In this document: positions 1 through 10,293 of the stretch, in pieces
How the letters are laid out: the number at the start of each line of letters is the position of its first letter
Position numbering within the stretch: the stretch's first letter is position 1
Assembly: GCA_017539425.1 (NCBI GenBank)
Contig: JAFYHA010000141.1
Coordinates: forward strand, 3,839-67,838
Length of the DNA: 64,000 nucleotides
Reading direction: 5' to 3'
Origin: Clostridia bacterium
GTDB lineage: Bacteria; Bacillota; Clostridia; Oscillospirales; CAG-272
The notes under the pieces: model-generated
Databases searched by the model: none
What the model was told of the DNA's origin: nothing
Seen by the model: the letters and a program-made list of their open reading frames with translations, nothing else
Position numbers and translations under genes: made by a program

Positions 1-395
1 TCCCAGTTGGACAGGACCTGGTCCGTCGTTTCCGCGATCACGCTGCCGAACACATGCGGATGCCTGTGAATCAGTTTCACACAGATATCATGGATCACGT
101 CATCCATATTGAACTGCCCGTCTTCCGTGGAGATCTGGGCATGAAAGACCACCTGCATCAGCAGGTCTCCCAGTTCCTCCCGCATCAGTTCCGGATTGTC
201 CGTATCTATGGCCTCAATGACCTCATAGGTTTCCTCCAGAAGATCCTTGCGGATGGTATGGTGATCCTGCTCGCGATCCCAGGGACAGCCTCCCTCCGCG
301 CGAAGCACCCTGACCAGCAGACAGAGATCATCCAGAGAATAGTGTTCAGCACTGACCAGATAATTCAAAACTTCTTTTCTGTTTTCGATAACCAT
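1..395 (-). CDS. mazG: MazG-type nucleoside triphosphate pyrophosphohydrolase, N-terminal part only (3' end lies beyond window start)
   Basis: Own translation of the minus strand from ATG 395 (GGAGG 6 nt upstream): MVIENRKEVLNYLVSAEHYSLDDLCLLVRVLRAEGGCPWDREQDHHTIRKDLLEETYEVIEAIDTDNPELMREELGDLLMQVVFHAQI...KLIHRHPHVF. The CPWD-EQ, EExYE, ELGDLL and RHPHVF motifs are MazG hallmarks. It is absent from the ORF track because there is no stop codon inside the window. Confidence 0.85.
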   Translation of the reverse strand, partial: MVIENRKEVLNYLVSAEHYSLDDLCLLVRVLRAEGGCPWDREQDHHTIRKDLLEETYEVIEAIDTDNPELMREELGDLLMQVVFHAQISTEDGQFNMDDVIHDICVKLIHRHPHVFGSVIAETTDQVLSNW

Positions 396-422
396 TTCCA
401 TCCTCCCGGGACACGGACGCCT

Positions 423-1916
423 TTACTTGAGGATACCCCTGTCCGCATAGAATTTTTCGATTTCTTCGTCCATCCGGTCTTCTCTCCCCGGAGCCAGATA
501 CTCATAGGGATATTTGGGGTTGAACAGCCGCTGGATGAACACGTCCTTGAGCCCGGTGGACCGGTAATCCACGAGTTTGGTCACCGCGCCGGCTCCTGCG
601 GACAGAATGGAGTGAATCTCCTCCATCATATAGACATTGTACCGTCCCTCAAAACCCGGAATGGAATATCCGACATTCTCATAGTTTCCGACCGTATTCT
701 TCTGCCGGTACATATAATAGGGAACGTACCCTTCCCCCTGGGACTTCAACTGATAGAAGTCCACACATTTTCCCGTGTCTCCTCCGCGCATATTGTATGC
801 GTTCTGCTTTTGCCGGAGCTCAGACGCATTCTTGATCGCAAGCGTATGCACCGTGATGTTTTCCGGATGCAGGCTCAGTATCTTCTCAAAGGATTTGGAA
901 AACGTGGAGAACGTATCTCCCGGAAGACCGGCAATCACATCGGTATTGATGCACCGGATACTGGAGTTGCGTGCGATCTCATAGGCCTTCAGAAAATCGT
1001 CTGATGTATGGCACCGTCCGATATTGCAAAGGATCTCGTCGTTCATACTCTGCGGGTTAACGCTGGTTCTCGTGACTCCATGCGCTGCCGCAATCTTCAG
1101 CTTTTCCGCGGTTACCGTATCCGGACGCCCGGCTTCCAGGGTATACTCTTCCAGCCGGCTCACGTCAGTCCGGGACTCGATAAAGGACAGCAGCCTTTCC
1201 AGTTGCTCGTTGTTCAGTATGGTCGGCGTTCCGCCCCCGATGTAGATCGTGCGGACATTCAGGCCCAGTTTGTCAATGGTACGGAATCTGGCCTCGATAT
1301 CCAGGCAGAGCTTATCCAGATAGTCCGGGATCAGCGACAGCAGCTTCTTGGACGTATACGAAACGAATGAACAGTATCCGCAGCGCGTCGGGCAGAACGG
1401 AATGGAGACGTATACGCTGCAATCCTGCGGGGTATGGTCTTTTGACAGTTTCTGCTCATTCAGCGCCACGTCCACAGCCAGCGCCGCTTTGCGGGCCAGC
1501 AATCCGTATTCGGCCGTCAGCACTTTTTTTACCCTCGTCTTGCTGAACCCACGGTTCAGCATATCCGAAGCCACTTTCGCCGGTCGGACCCCGGTCAGGA
1601 TACCCCAGGAAGGCTTGTAGTTCAGCAGTTTGTTCCCTGCCGCAAGCACTGCGGCGCCGGCTGCGAGTTTATATGTCTTTTCCCTAGTCTCGCCCGGAAG
1701 ATCCAAGGTGATCTTTTCTGCCTCCTCACACTGCCCACGGTACTGCATCCGTGCACAGGCCAGAACGCCTCCCTCGATTTCGGACAGTTTCAGATCCAGT
1801 TCGGGGACCTCCGGCCCCGCCTCTTCCTGTTCCGGAAACTTGACGCCCGGGAAGAAACTCATGCAAAGGGTCTGCACGTAGAACGGGTTGATTTTCCCTT
1901 CAATATGTAAAATCAT
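423..1916 (-). CDS. hemZ: HemZ-like radical SAM protein (coproporphyrinogen dehydrogenase family)
   Basis: 497-aa ORF. Radical-SAM CxxxCxxC motif (SIPFCPTRCGYCSF) follows a long N-terminal extension, with a HemN-like C-terminal half. Length and layout match HemZ. Confidence 0.8.
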   Translation of the reverse strand: MILHIEGKINPFYVQTLCMSFFPGVKFPEQEEAGPEVPELDLKLSEIEGGVLACARMQYRGQCEEAEKITLDLPGETREKTYKLAAGAAVLAAGNKLLNYKPSWGILTGVRPAKVASDMLNRGFSKTRVKKVLTAEYGLLARKAALAVDVALNEQKLSKDHTPQDCSVYVSIPFCPTRCGYCSFVSYTSKKLLSLIPDYLDKLCLDIEARFRTIDKLGLNVRTIYIGGGTPTILNNEQLERLLSFIESRTDVSRLEEYTLEAGRPDTVTAEKLKIAAAHGVTRTSVNPQSMNDEILCNIGRCHTSDDFLKAYEIARNSSIRCINTDVIAGLPGDTFSTFSKSFEKILSLHPENITVHTLAIKNASELRQKQNAYNMRGGDTGKCVDFYQLKSQGEGYVPYYMYRQKNTVGNYENVGYSIPGFEGRYNVYMMEEIHSILSAGAGAVTKLVDYRSTGLKDVFIQRLFNPKYPYEYLAPGREDRMDEEIEKFYADRGILK

Positions 1917-1940
1917 AGAACAACCTTTCTCATCACCCGG

Positions 1941-2402
1941 TCAATCTTTGCGTCTGGACAGGTGCTCTGTATCCAGACAGATCGTCACAGGGCCATCGTT
2001 CAGAAGTGATACTTTCATATCCGCGCCAAACCGGCCCGTGCCGACATGCCTGACCAGACCTTCAGCCTGACCGACAAAATAGCGGTACAGCCGGTCCGCC
2101 TGTTCCGGCGGGGCGGCGTCGGTAAAGGAAGGACGGTTGCCGTGCCTGCAGTCCGCATACAGCGTAAACTGTGAAACGACCAGCATTTCTCCGTCGATGT
2201 CCTGAACGGACAGATTCATTTTGTCATTTTCGTCCGTAAACACCCTGAGCTTGACGATTTTATTCAACAACGCATCCGCTTCGGCGGTCGTATCCGCCGG
2301 GCCCACACCGAGCAGGACCAGGAATCCTTTGCCGCAGGTGCCTACGCATTGTCCTTCCACATGGACTTCCGCATTCGACACTCTCTGAAGAACCGCTCTC
2401 AT
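1941..2402 (-). CDS. dtd: D-aminoacyl-tRNA deacylase
   Basis: The track ORF is N-terminally over-extended. The real start is MRAVLQRVSNAEV at 2402, forming an ATGA overlap with the relA stop. SQFTLYAD and GADMKVSLLNDGPVT are typical Dtd sequences. Product is 153 aa. Confidence 0.93.
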   Translation of the reverse strand: MRAVLQRVSNAEVHVEGQCVGTCGKGFLVLLGVGPADTTAEADALLNKIVKLRVFTDENDKMNLSVQDIDGEMLVVSQFTLYADCRHGNRPSFTDAAPPEQADRLYRYFVGQAEGLVRHVGTGRFGADMKVSLLNDGPVTICLDTEHLSRRKD

Positions 2403-4615
2403 GAGAACCCCCTTGTCACGCTCTGGATCCCGTCCAGTTCGCGGAGCTTCTTGACTATATACTCGTAATGATTGACGTCCTTGCACGCGATCTTCATGGA
2501 AATCATGACCTGCTCCTGACCCTTGCTGTTGGAATTGATCTGGAGGATCGAAACCTTGAGTTCCGCCAGAGCCCGGGTAATGTCGGATAACAGACTGAGA
2601 GAGGATGTGGCATAGATCTGGACCAGCGCTTCGTATTCGCTGCCGGAGGGAGCGTCTTCCGTATCCCAAACGGCATGCAGCCATCGCTCGGGCATCTGCC
2701 CGTTCTGCAAAGCCGATACCACATTGGGACAATCCTTTTTATGAATGGATATCCCGTATCCCTTCGTCACGAACCCGATGATCTCGTCACCGGGAAGCGG
2801 ATTGCAGCATTTTGCAAACTTGACCTGGCATCCGTCCTGACCGTCTACGATCACGCTGCTGCGTGAATGCGTTTTGTGAGGCTTCTGGGCAAGCTGGATC
2901 TGGGAAACATCCGTGACCTGTTCTTTCGGAGCTTCCTGAGGGACGAGTTTGGCATATTCCTCCTTCAGCCGGGTCGCCAGCCTGTGTACGGTAATGCCTC
3001 CATATCCCAGCGTATTGCACAGATCATCCGCAGAACTGTAGCCCACGCGCTGAGCCAGCGCCGTATAGAGCTGTGTCCGGGTGGCCTCGGTGATGTTGCG
3101 GGCGTACGATCGGATCTCCGCGTCCAGCATCGCCTTTCCCGCGACGATATTGTCCGCCCTCTTTTCCTTTTTGAACCAGGAACGGATCTTGTTGCGGGCA
3201 TCGGACGTCTTGACCAGATTCAGCCAGTCCCGGCTCGGTCCTTTCGATGCGGAAGACGTCAGGATCTCGATGATCTCCCCGTTCTGAAGGATTCTGTCGA
3301 TCGGGACGATCATCCCGTTGATCTTGGCCCCGATCATTTTATTGCCTACCTCCGAATGGATGGCATAGGCAAAATCAATGACTGTGGAGCCCTGAGCCAG
3401 CTGGATCACTTCCCCTTTCGGAGTAAACACGAAAACCTCGTCGTGGAAGATATCGGTCTTCAGTGCATTCATAAACTCATCCGGATCCCTTGTGCCGTCT
3501 TCAATCTCGACCAGACGGGCGATCCATTCCAGTTTACGGTCCATCTCCTCTTTGGACGTGACTCCGGATTTATATTTCCAATGCGCGGCGATTCCGTATT
3601 CGGCGATGTAGTGCATTTTCCACGTCCGGATCTGAACTTCGAACGGAATTCCGTCCGTTCCGATGACCGTTGTGTGCAGAGAGCTGTACATGTTGGGCTT
3701 GGGCGTGGAGATATAGTCCTTGAAACGTCCTGGAACCGATTTGTACATTTCGTGGATCAAACCGAGCGCCGTATAGCACTCCAGTTCGGTATCCACGATG
3801 ATCCTGAGGGCATAGAAGTCGTAGATCTCGTCAAAGCTCTTGTTTTGGTTGTACATTTTCTTATAGATGCTGTACACCGACTTGATCCGTCCCTCCAGCG
3901 TAAACTTGAGATTGGACTCCTTAAGCTTCTTTTCGATATCCGCCCGGATCTTTTCGATCATTTCCAGACTCTGCCCGTATTTCTTCTCTATGCTCTCCTT
4001 GACTTCGTTGTAGCCGATCGGATCCAGATACTGCAGTCCGAGGTTCTCCAGCTCGGCCTTGATCTTCTGCATACCGAGCCTGTGAGCCAGCGGGGCATAG
4101 ACCTGCATCGTCTCCAGTGCCGTCAGCCTGCGCTTGTTGTCCGGCTTTGCGTCCAACGTCCGCATGTTGTGCAGACGGTCGCAGAGCTTGATGAAAATCA
4201 CACGGATATCCTTGGACATCGCCAAGAGCATCTTGCGCAGGTTTTCAATATGCGCCTCTTCCATATCGTCGACATTGATCGTGACGATCTTGGTCAATCC
4301 GTCCACCAGCGAAGCCACCTCGGCCCCGAATTTCTTGGCGATGATCTTCAGGTCTGTCCGGTCGGAACAATCCTCCACCGTATCGTGAAGCAGCGCCGCA
4401 CAGATGGAATCCGTATCCAGTTCCAGCCCGGCCACGATCTCCGCGACTGCGATCGGATGGGAGATATAGGCCTCCCCGCTCGCACGGAACTGTCCCTCAT
4501 GAAGGGCCTTCGCATATTCAAATGCGGATTTGATTTTTTCGATATCGTAGACTTTACCGGTTGCCTCCAGCATCTGGATCAACGGTCCGATATCCGTATG
4601 AGCTGCCCTTTCCAT
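2399..4615 (-). CDS. relA: bifunctional (p)ppGpp synthetase/hydrolase (RelA/SpoT family)
   Basis: 738 aa. HD hydrolase motif (LLHDTVEDC), synthetase region (RIKSVYSIYKKM...YSSLHTTV), and TGS and ACT-like C-terminal regions. Confidence 0.95.
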   Translation of the reverse strand: MERAAHTDIGPLIQMLEATGKVYDIEKIKSAFEYAKALHEGQFRASGEAYISHPIAVAEIVAGLELDTDSICAALLHDTVEDCSDRTDLKIIAKKFGAEVASLVDGLTKIVTINVDDMEEAHIENLRKMLLAMSKDIRVIFIKLCDRLHNMRTLDAKPDNKRRLTALETMQVYAPLAHRLGMQKIKAELENLGLQYLDPIGYNEVKESIEKKYGQSLEMIEKIRADIEKKLKESNLKFTLEGRIKSVYSIYKKMYNQNKSFDEIYDFYALRIIVDTELECYTALGLIHEMYKSVPGRFKDYISTPKPNMYSSLHTTVIGTDGIPFEVQIRTWKMHYIAEYGIAAHWKYKSGVTSKEEMDRKLEWIARLVEIEDGTRDPDEFMNALKTDIFHDEVFVFTPKGEVIQLAQGSTVIDFAYAIHSEVGNKMIGAKINGMIVPIDRILQNGEIIEILTSSASKGPSRDWLNLVKTSDARNKIRSWFKKEKRADNIVAGKAMLDAEIRSYARNITEATRTQLYTALAQRVGYSSADDLCNTLGYGGITVHRLATRLKEEYAKLVPQEAPKEQVTDVSQIQLAQKPHKTHSRSSVIVDGQDGCQVKFAKCCNPLPGDEIIGFVTKGYGISIHKKDCPNVVSALQNGQMPERWLHAVWDTEDAPSGSEYEALVQIYATSSLSLLSDITRALAELKVSILQINSNSKGQEQVMISMKIACKDVNHYEYIVKKLRELDGIQSVTRGFS

Positions 4616-4628
4616 ATTCTTCCCCGTT

Positions 4629-6818
4629 TCAGAGTTTGCACTGTCCTCTGATCTGCTTAAGTATCATAGATTTTTCGATATTCGTTTTGGAAGGCGAATA
4701 GTAAATATCAAAAGCGTACACATCCTCGGCGACCTCCGAGATCCCGCAGATCTTGAGTTCCTGGAAAATCCGAAGGATGAGCACCAGCTTTGCGTAATTG
4801 AATGTCAGTGAATTGATGTAATGCTGATTCAGCAAAAACAGCATCTTGTGGACCGGATATTCCCGGATCCCGGAACGGAACGCATTGGACAGGAAACAAT
4901 AAACCGCCTTGAAGTCGTTGCGCGTCGGGACGATCTGCTCTTCGGGATAGATCCTGTCACCGGCGCAGATCTCCGCATACCGTTTTTTCTCATACTCCAT
5001 CTCGTTCTGTTCGATCTCGGGATGGTGCATGTCCTGGATCGTCAACTGAAGCGTAGCCAGATTCTGGAAATCGTTGATCCCGCACTGGAAGAGCAGATCC
5101 GCCCGTTCGCCCTGGACAAAATCGATCTCCTCCGCGGTCTTGCTGAACCACATAGCCGTAAACTTTCTGCCCTGGCAGTCCAGGAACAGCTTTACATGCT
5201 TGTTCTTGATCTCCATGATCCGGTCGATCCGGGCACCCCTGAGAATGAACAGAGGCATCGGGTTGGCCGTTCCGCACGGCTCCAGCCGTTCGATTTCATT
5301 GGCCAGTTCCAGCGTCAGGTCATCCGGAGACAGTTCACACTCCGCCTCCATCTCCATAACGATATCCCCGTCCTGAAGTTCCTGCTCCACGTAGGCGTTA
5401 AGACGTCTTCTGAGTTCCGGGATACGGTCCCTCTCGACCGTCAGTCCGGCAGCCAGTTCGTGACCGCCGTACCGGACCAGAATATCTTCGCACGTCTGCA
5501 GGGCCTTGACCAGATTGATGCCCCGTACACTGCGTCCGGAGCCTTTTCCCTGGTCTGTCGGTTCCGGCGGGTTGTGAGCCGTACCTTCAAATGAGATCAG
5601 GATGGCAGGCAAGCCTAACGTATCCGTAATCCTGGAGACCACGATTCCGATGACACCGGGTTTCCAGTCATCCTTGCTCAGCACCACAAAGCGGTCCTTG
5701 GACAAATCGCACTGCGTCTTCATCAGTTCGCGCGCTTCCTCGTCAATGATGTTCACTTCCTGCTGCCTCTGCGCATTGATCTCGCAAAGCGCCTTTGCCA
5801 TTTCCGCCGCTTCCCCGGGATTCGTCTCCAGGAGCAGGCGGACGGCACGGGTGGCGCTGTCCATACGTCCTGCCGCGTTCAAACGGGGCGCAAGTCCGTA
5901 TCCGATGGTGTTGGTCGTAACCTTTCTGCGGCCGCTTCCGGTGGAAGCGCTGATCAGGGCGGCCATACCCGGACGCGGCCTGGAATTGATCAGTTTAAGT
6001 CCCAGCGTTACGATCAGCCGGTTCTCGTCAATCAGCGGCATCACGTCCGCGATCGTACCCACGGCAACCAGATCGCCGTAATCCAGACAGACCTGCTTGA
6101 TGCAGTCCATCGGGTCCAGGCCGGTCGTTTTCGCACGATGGAGTTCAAACGCACAGATGAACTTGAATACGACACCTACGCCGGCCAGATCTCGGAACGG
6201 ATAACTTGAATCCGGTCTGTGCGGATTGATCACGGCTACGGCATCCGGAAGTTCCTTCTGGCACTCGTGATGATCGGTCACGATCATCTCCATACCCAGG
6301 GACTTGGCGTACCGGGTCTCCTCGTTGGCAGTGATACCGGTATCTACCGTTACGACGAGGGTAACGCCATGCTCATGGAGGATATCCAGTCCCGCGGTGG
6401 AAACACCGTACCCTTCCTTATCCCGGGTCGGGATATAGTACTCGACCTGGGCACCGAGTTTCTTCAGGTACAGGTCCAGTATGGTGACGGAAGTCACTCC
6501 GTCCACGTCATAATCGCCATATATGGCGATCTTTTCGTTGTCCGCAACGGCTTTTTCCAACCGTTCAATGGCTTTCTCCACATCGTTGAGCAACATGGGG
6601 TCGTGCAGCACCGTATCGTTGCAGTTCAAAAAGCTCCTGGCTCTTGCCGGGTCGGTCATTCCCCGGTTGAAGAGCAGGACCGCCATGATACGGCTGACGC
6701 CCAGATCGTTCATCAGCTTTTCAACGGACTGCTCCGTTTCGCTGTATCCCGGTCTGTAGCGGATCTTCCACTTTTTTTCTCTTGGCTGAATGAAGGATTG
6801 TTCTCTCTTGTTTGACAT
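4629..6818 (-). CDS. recJ: single-stranded-DNA-specific exonuclease RecJ
   Basis: 729 aa. DHH family motifs IYGDYDVDGVTS, VTVDTGI and VTDHHE, plus a DHHA1-like GGHELAAG. Confidence 0.93.
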   Translation of the reverse strand: MSNKREQSFIQPREKKWKIRYRPGYSETEQSVEKLMNDLGVSRIMAVLLFNRGMTDPARARSFLNCNDTVLHDPMLLNDVEKAIERLEKAVADNEKIAIYGDYDVDGVTSVTILDLYLKKLGAQVEYYIPTRDKEGYGVSTAGLDILHEHGVTLVVTVDTGITANEETRYAKSLGMEMIVTDHHECQKELPDAVAVINPHRPDSSYPFRDLAGVGVVFKFICAFELHRAKTTGLDPMDCIKQVCLDYGDLVAVGTIADVMPLIDENRLIVTLGLKLINSRPRPGMAALISASTGSGRRKVTTNTIGYGLAPRLNAAGRMDSATRAVRLLLETNPGEAAEMAKALCEINAQRQQEVNIIDEEARELMKTQCDLSKDRFVVLSKDDWKPGVIGIVVSRITDTLGLPAILISFEGTAHNPPEPTDQGKGSGRSVRGINLVKALQTCEDILVRYGGHELAAGLTVERDRIPELRRRLNAYVEQELQDGDIVMEMEAECELSPDDLTLELANEIERLEPCGTANPMPLFILRGARIDRIMEIKNKHVKLFLDCQGRKFTAMWFSKTAEEIDFVQGERADLLFQCGINDFQNLATLQLTIQDMHHPEIEQNEMEYEKKRYAEICAGDRIYPEEQIVPTRNDFKAVYCFLSNAFRSGIREYPVHKMLFLLNQHYINSLTFNYAKLVLILRIFQELKICGISEVAEDVYAFDIYYSPSKTNIEKSMILKQIRGQCKL

Positions 6819-6912
6819 CTTTATCCCTTTCTACGGAAACCGGTCAGGTCTCCGCCCCTGTCCAGGATGCCTCGGTTGGCATTCATTGAACAGAGTTCGT
6901 ATCGTTACATCC

Positions 6913-8547
6913 TTATTTCGGCGCGAATTCCGCCATAAAGGCAAGCGCCGTACGCAAGCCGTCTACGGCCGCGCTCATTATGCCTCCCGCATATCCGGCT
7001 CCTTCTCCGCACGGATAGAGTTCGGGATGGCCGATCGCAGTTCTGTTTTCATGCCTGAGGATCCGAACCGGTGCGGACGTTCTCGTTTCCGGCGCGGTCA
7101 GAACCGCTTGAGGCATAGCAAAACCCGGAATCCTCCGGTCGAATGCCCGGATACCGCGTCTAAGTCCATCGGTAACCGCCTTCGGAAAGAGCATTGCCAG
7201 GTTTGCCGGACGGCACAGTCCCTCCCGATACGTCGGAATGACCAGAGTGGGAAGTGTGCCGTACCGGTCCTCCAGGAAATCCCCGACCGTCTGGATCGGA
7301 GCGTTCCAGTCTTCTCCGCCGGCCAGAAAACCTCTGTGCTCGATCTCCCTCTGAAACGCGATCATACTCTCGGCATCCGTCATCCCGGTCTGCGAAACAT
7401 CTTCGGGAAGCACCGAGACGACCAGTGCCGCGTTGGAATTTCTTCCGTCCCGGCTGTGATAACTCATACCGTTGGTGACCAACCGTTCCGGTTCCGATGC
7501 CGCGGGAACGACAACCCCTCCGGGGCACATGCAAAACGTATATACGCCGCGTTCACCCGTCGTATCCGAAAGATGGTACTCTGCGGCTCCCAGCGCCGGA
7601 TGACCGGCAGCCTGTCCGTATTGCCAGAACTCGACATCCCGTCTGAGATGCTCTATGCGGGCTCCCACGGAGATCGGCTTGGCCTCTATGGCATACTGGG
7701 TGCGGATCATGTCCAGATAGGTGTCACGCGCACTGTTCCCGATGGCCAGAATAATCCCGGCACAGGGAATGGATCCGGCTTCCGTTTCGGCAACCGCGGT
7801 CCCGTCAGTTAGCTTGCGGCTCCCGATGTAACGGCATCTGTACCGAAGTTCTCCGCCCTTTTCGGCGACCGTATGCAGGATCCGGTCCACGACGCCCTGC
7901 AGACAGTCCGTCCCGATATGCGGCCTGGACTGGACCAGGATATCCGAAGGCGCGCCGAATTCACACAACCGGTGCAGCACATATCCGCAGAACGGATCGT
8001 GAATCCGGGTCATCAGCTTGCCGTCGGAAAACGCTCCTGCGCCTCCGGCGCCAAACTGGATATTGCTGTCCGGATCCAGTTCCCCTTTCTGTGTAAACCT
8101 GTGAACCGTCTCGGCCCGTGCAGCCACATCTTCGCCCCGTTCCAGGACGATGGGCGCATATCCCTGCTCGGAAAGAACCAGTGCGGCAAAAAGTCCCGCA
8201 GGACCCATTCCGACCACGACCGGCCTTCCGGCCTGCTTGCTGCCTTTGGCAAACGTGACCGGTTCTTCCTTTTGCAAGGACAGGTCCAACTCATGCATCC
8301 GGCTATTCCGGATGCCCGGAAGCGCTCCGTCCAGGATCCACTCAGCCGATACCGAGTACAGGATCCGGATATCCGCCTTTTTCCGGGCATCCACTGATTT
8401 TTTATAGATACTCAGCCGGAAATCATCCGGATGGAGTCCGGCCTTGCGCAGGATCTGTCTGCCTTTCTCCAGCGCATCCGTTTCCGGACTGAGATAGGAC
8501 AAGGAGATCCCGCCGACCACCAAACAATCCTGCGTCCGGGACGGCAT
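6913..8547 (-). CDS. FAD-dependent protein (COG2509-type NAD(P)/FAD oxidoreductase)
   Basis: The track ORF is over-extended. I chose the start MPSRTQDCLVVGG at 8547, whose ATG overlaps the cdaR stop (TGATG). Dinucleotide-binding motif VVVGMGPAGLFAAL. Product is 544 aa, as expected for this family. Confidence 0.8.
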   Translation of the reverse strand: MPSRTQDCLVVGGISLSYLSPETDALEKGRQILRKAGLHPDDFRLSIYKKSVDARKKADIRILYSVSAEWILDGALPGIRNSRMHELDLSLQKEEPVTFAKGSKQAGRPVVVGMGPAGLFAALVLSEQGYAPIVLERGEDVAARAETVHRFTQKGELDPDSNIQFGAGGAGAFSDGKLMTRIHDPFCGYVLHRLCEFGAPSDILVQSRPHIGTDCLQGVVDRILHTVAEKGGELRYRCRYIGSRKLTDGTAVAETEAGSIPCAGIILAIGNSARDTYLDMIRTQYAIEAKPISVGARIEHLRRDVEFWQYGQAAGHPALGAAEYHLSDTTGERGVYTFCMCPGGVVVPAASEPERLVTNGMSYHSRDGRNSNAALVVSVLPEDVSQTGMTDAESMIAFQREIEHRGFLAGGEDWNAPIQTVGDFLEDRYGTLPTLVIPTYREGLCRPANLAMLFPKAVTDGLRRGIRAFDRRIPGFAMPQAVLTAPETRTSAPVRILRHENRTAIGHPELYPCGEGAGYAGGIMSAAVDGLRTALAFMAEFAPK

Positions 8548-9323
8548 CAGGGTTCCTGCCCTCCGTCCGGATCCGCAAAGCGTACGGCAACCGGTTCTTT
8601 TTCCACATGGGGAACGGCCTCGTTCAGCGTCTTTCCGGTGTTGTCCGTCAAGGTTGGATAGACGACTGCCGCTCCGTATTCCTGACATTGCGTGATATGC
8701 GCGTTCGTCACCACCAGAGTCACGCCGGAAACCTTGTCCAGTTCCTGCTTGGGTCCTCTGAGTTTAAGCGTATCCCGGACAGGTTCCAGCTCCCGGGAAG
8801 TATCTGCGTCAAAAGCCTTGTCGACCCGAACGGGCACTTCCTTTTCACCCGCTTCATCCAGATACAGCGAGACGGATGCCGGGAAAACCTCGATGGCCAC
8901 GTACTTGGTCGCATCGTTCTTAAGAATCTCGATTTTGAATTCCGCATAACCGGACTGTCCTTTATACGTGTCCACCAGTATATACGGTTTGAGGTCTTCG
9001 GCCTTGATATTGGCCAGATCCCTGGACTTGCCCTGGACCCGGACCGTCACCTCGGGAAACTCGTCAAAGACGGTCAGGCCTGTAGCGGACTGCAGATGAT
9101 CCAAACCGATTGCGTCCAACCGGACTGAATAATCCTTGGTCTTATCGGCATTCCCGTTTCCCAGCAGCCAGATCAGGATTGCAAACAGCAGGCTGATCAC
9201 GACAAGAATGATGTCTTTCTTGCGTGATTTTCTGTGGGACTTTTTATCTACAGACAGTTTGCCCTGAAGGGATCCGTTCACTTTCTGAAGGCTGTATGTC
9301 TTGTTGATACTGTGTTTTTTCAT
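8547..9323 (-). CDS. cdaR: YbbR-domain protein (CdaR-like regulator of CdaA)
   Basis: 258 aa. N-terminal basic region plus one TM (IILVVISLLFAILIWLL), then YbbR-like beta repeats (VTVRVQGKSRDLANIKAEDLKPYI...). GGAGGG lies upstream. It sits immediately downstream of cdaA. Confidence 0.75.
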   Translation of the reverse strand: MKKHSINKTYSLQKVNGSLQGKLSVDKKSHRKSRKKDIILVVISLLFAILIWLLGNGNADKTKDYSVRLDAIGLDHLQSATGLTVFDEFPEVTVRVQGKSRDLANIKAEDLKPYILVDTYKGQSGYAEFKIEILKNDATKYVAIEVFPASVSLYLDEAGEKEVPVRVDKAFDADTSRELEPVRDTLKLRGPKQELDKVSGVTLVVTNAHITQCQEYGAAVVYPTLTDNTGKTLNEAVPHVEKEPVAVRFADPDGGQEP

Positions 9324-9336
9324 GGCCGTGCCCTCC

Positions 9337-10236
9337 TCAAGAACCCGAACCGTTCTGGTTGCCGGCGTCGGTCATAGTTGAAGCAGGCATCACTTTTTCC
9401 TCAAGGAGTTCACCCTTGAGCATAGCGCTCAGATCCTGCTTGAGCAGAGACGGAGAATATCCCCTCTTAATGGACCCGTTGTTCGCGATGGAAATCGTTC
9501 CGGTCTCTTCGGAAACGATGATGACGACAGCGTCGCTGACCTCGCTGACGCCGACTCCGGCACGATGACGGGCACCCATGTCTCCAAACCCGGTTCCGTT
9601 TTTGGAGGAAGGCAGCATGCATCCGGCAGCGGCCACGCGATAATCGCGGATGATCACCGCTCCGTCATGAAGAGGAGATCCTTTGTAAAACAGATTCCGA
9701 AGGAGCTGTTCGCTCGGCTTGCCGTCGATCTGTGTGCCTGTTGCGGCAATATCGCCGAGCTTGGTCGAGCGCTCGATCACAATGAGTGCGCCGACCTGTC
9801 CGCGTGAAAGCTCCGCGACGGCGGCCACGGTCACATTGATAAAATCGTCCACTTCGGTCTGGTTCTGATTGATGAACCGCAGGGACAGCGTGTTGATTCC
9901 CCAGGTCCCGACCCGTTCCAGAAGATCCCGGATCTCAGGCTGGAATAGAATGAACAGTGTCAGAACTCCGGCCTGGAACAGAACCTTCAGCACCATGTAC
10001 GAGGCCGACATCTTCACGAAAAAGCTGGCCACATAGATCAGGAACAGCAGGCCGATGCCTATGATCAGCTTGATTGCGCGGCGGTCGGCGATCAGGGAGA
10101 TGATCAGATACAGGAGAAATGTCAGCGCCGCGATGTCCAATACTGCGATCAGATACTCTCCGACGCCCATTTCCTTCAAAAAATCAAGGTTCAAGCCGTG
10201 AAGGACCTGATCAAAAAAACGTCCGACAGCTTCCAT
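9337..10236 (-). CDS. cdaA: diadenylate cyclase CdaA
   Basis: 299 aa. Three N-terminal TM segments, and a DAC domain with LHDGAVII and GARHRAG motifs. Confidence 0.93.
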   Translation of the reverse strand: MEAVGRFFDQVLHGLNLDFLKEMGVGEYLIAVLDIAALTFLLYLIISLIADRRAIKLIIGIGLLFLIYVASFFVKMSASYMVLKVLFQAGVLTLFILFQPEIRDLLERVGTWGINTLSLRFINQNQTEVDDFINVTVAAVAELSRGQVGALIVIERSTKLGDIAATGTQIDGKPSEQLLRNLFYKGSPLHDGAVIIRDYRVAAAGCMLPSSKNGTGFGDMGARHRAGVGVSEVSDAVVIIVSEETGTISIANNGSIKRGYSPSLLKQDLSAMLKGELLEEKVMPASTMTDAGNQNGSGS

Positions 10237-10293
10237 GGCTTAATCCTCCTTTGTGGTGTCTCTAGGGCAAACTGCCCGATGATAATTATAGTT

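Noticed and set aside
54-1004. 316-aa plus-strand ORF at the window start
   Set aside because: It overlaps the minus-strand mazG (1..395) and hemZ genes, both of which are recognisable. No supporting features were found.
2867-4651. 594-aa ORF on the plus strand
   Set aside because: It runs fully antisense to the clearly recognisable relA/spoT gene. The protein is low-complexity and Arg/Leu/Asp-rich with no motifs and no RBS context. This is a typical shadow ORF of a GC-rich coding region.
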